A DNA stretch of 64,000 nucleotides from Eledone cirrhosa (lineage: Eukaryota): NCBI GenBank assembly GCA_964016885.1, contig OZ024743.1:94736001-94800000 (forward strand), written 5' to 3'. Below are positions 63,795-64,000 of this stretch, piece by piece; position 1 is the first letter of the stretch; every line of letters starts with the position of its first letter. The notes under the pieces were generated by a model. It did not search any database. It was given only the letters and a program-made list of their open reading frames with translations, and was not told the DNA's origin. The translations under genes and the position numbers were made by a program.

Positions 63795-64000
63795 CTCTAA
63801 ACAAATGACTTCTTTTTCTCTCTCTATTCGCTTGACGCCCTCGCTCTCTCTATATAGATTAGGGTGACGTCGCAACTTTCTGTCTATCTACCTCTTTCTG
63901 TCACCTCGAAAGCACACAACGTTCGCTTTTCTATCTCTATATACATATCTCTCACTGGGCACTCCCCCTCTATATACACAGTGAGCGTGACGGACGGACC

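Overview
AT-rich, microsatellite- and SINE-rich animal DNA. The tRNA-headed SINE family and the secreted tyrosinase suggest a cephalopod, probably Octopus (inference). The window holds two near-identical tandem copies of a ~31.8 kb block: A runs from before position 1 to ~35260, and B from ~35262 to beyond 64000. Each block has a head-to-tail array of a ~4.07 kb Penelope-like retroelement (PLE; RT plus C-terminal GIY-YIG endonuclease), a spliced 663-aa secreted tyrosinase gene on the minus strand, and decayed LINEs (RTE, Tx1/L1, R4/Dong-like), SINEs and MITEs. Folding by eye reveals at least four unrelated families of minimal hammerhead ribozymes: in the PLE pseudo-LTRs, in a second PLE family forming a 353-bp-arm palindrome, in a 422-bp retrozyme-like repeat, and in a 253-bp tandem repeat. 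There is also a candidate hammerhead with a permuted, pseudoknotted strand order. All full-length PLE units share an A7-versus-A6 frameshift near the N-terminus, and all endonuclease copies have His->Pro in the CCHH motif. All calls are by eye; no searches were run.
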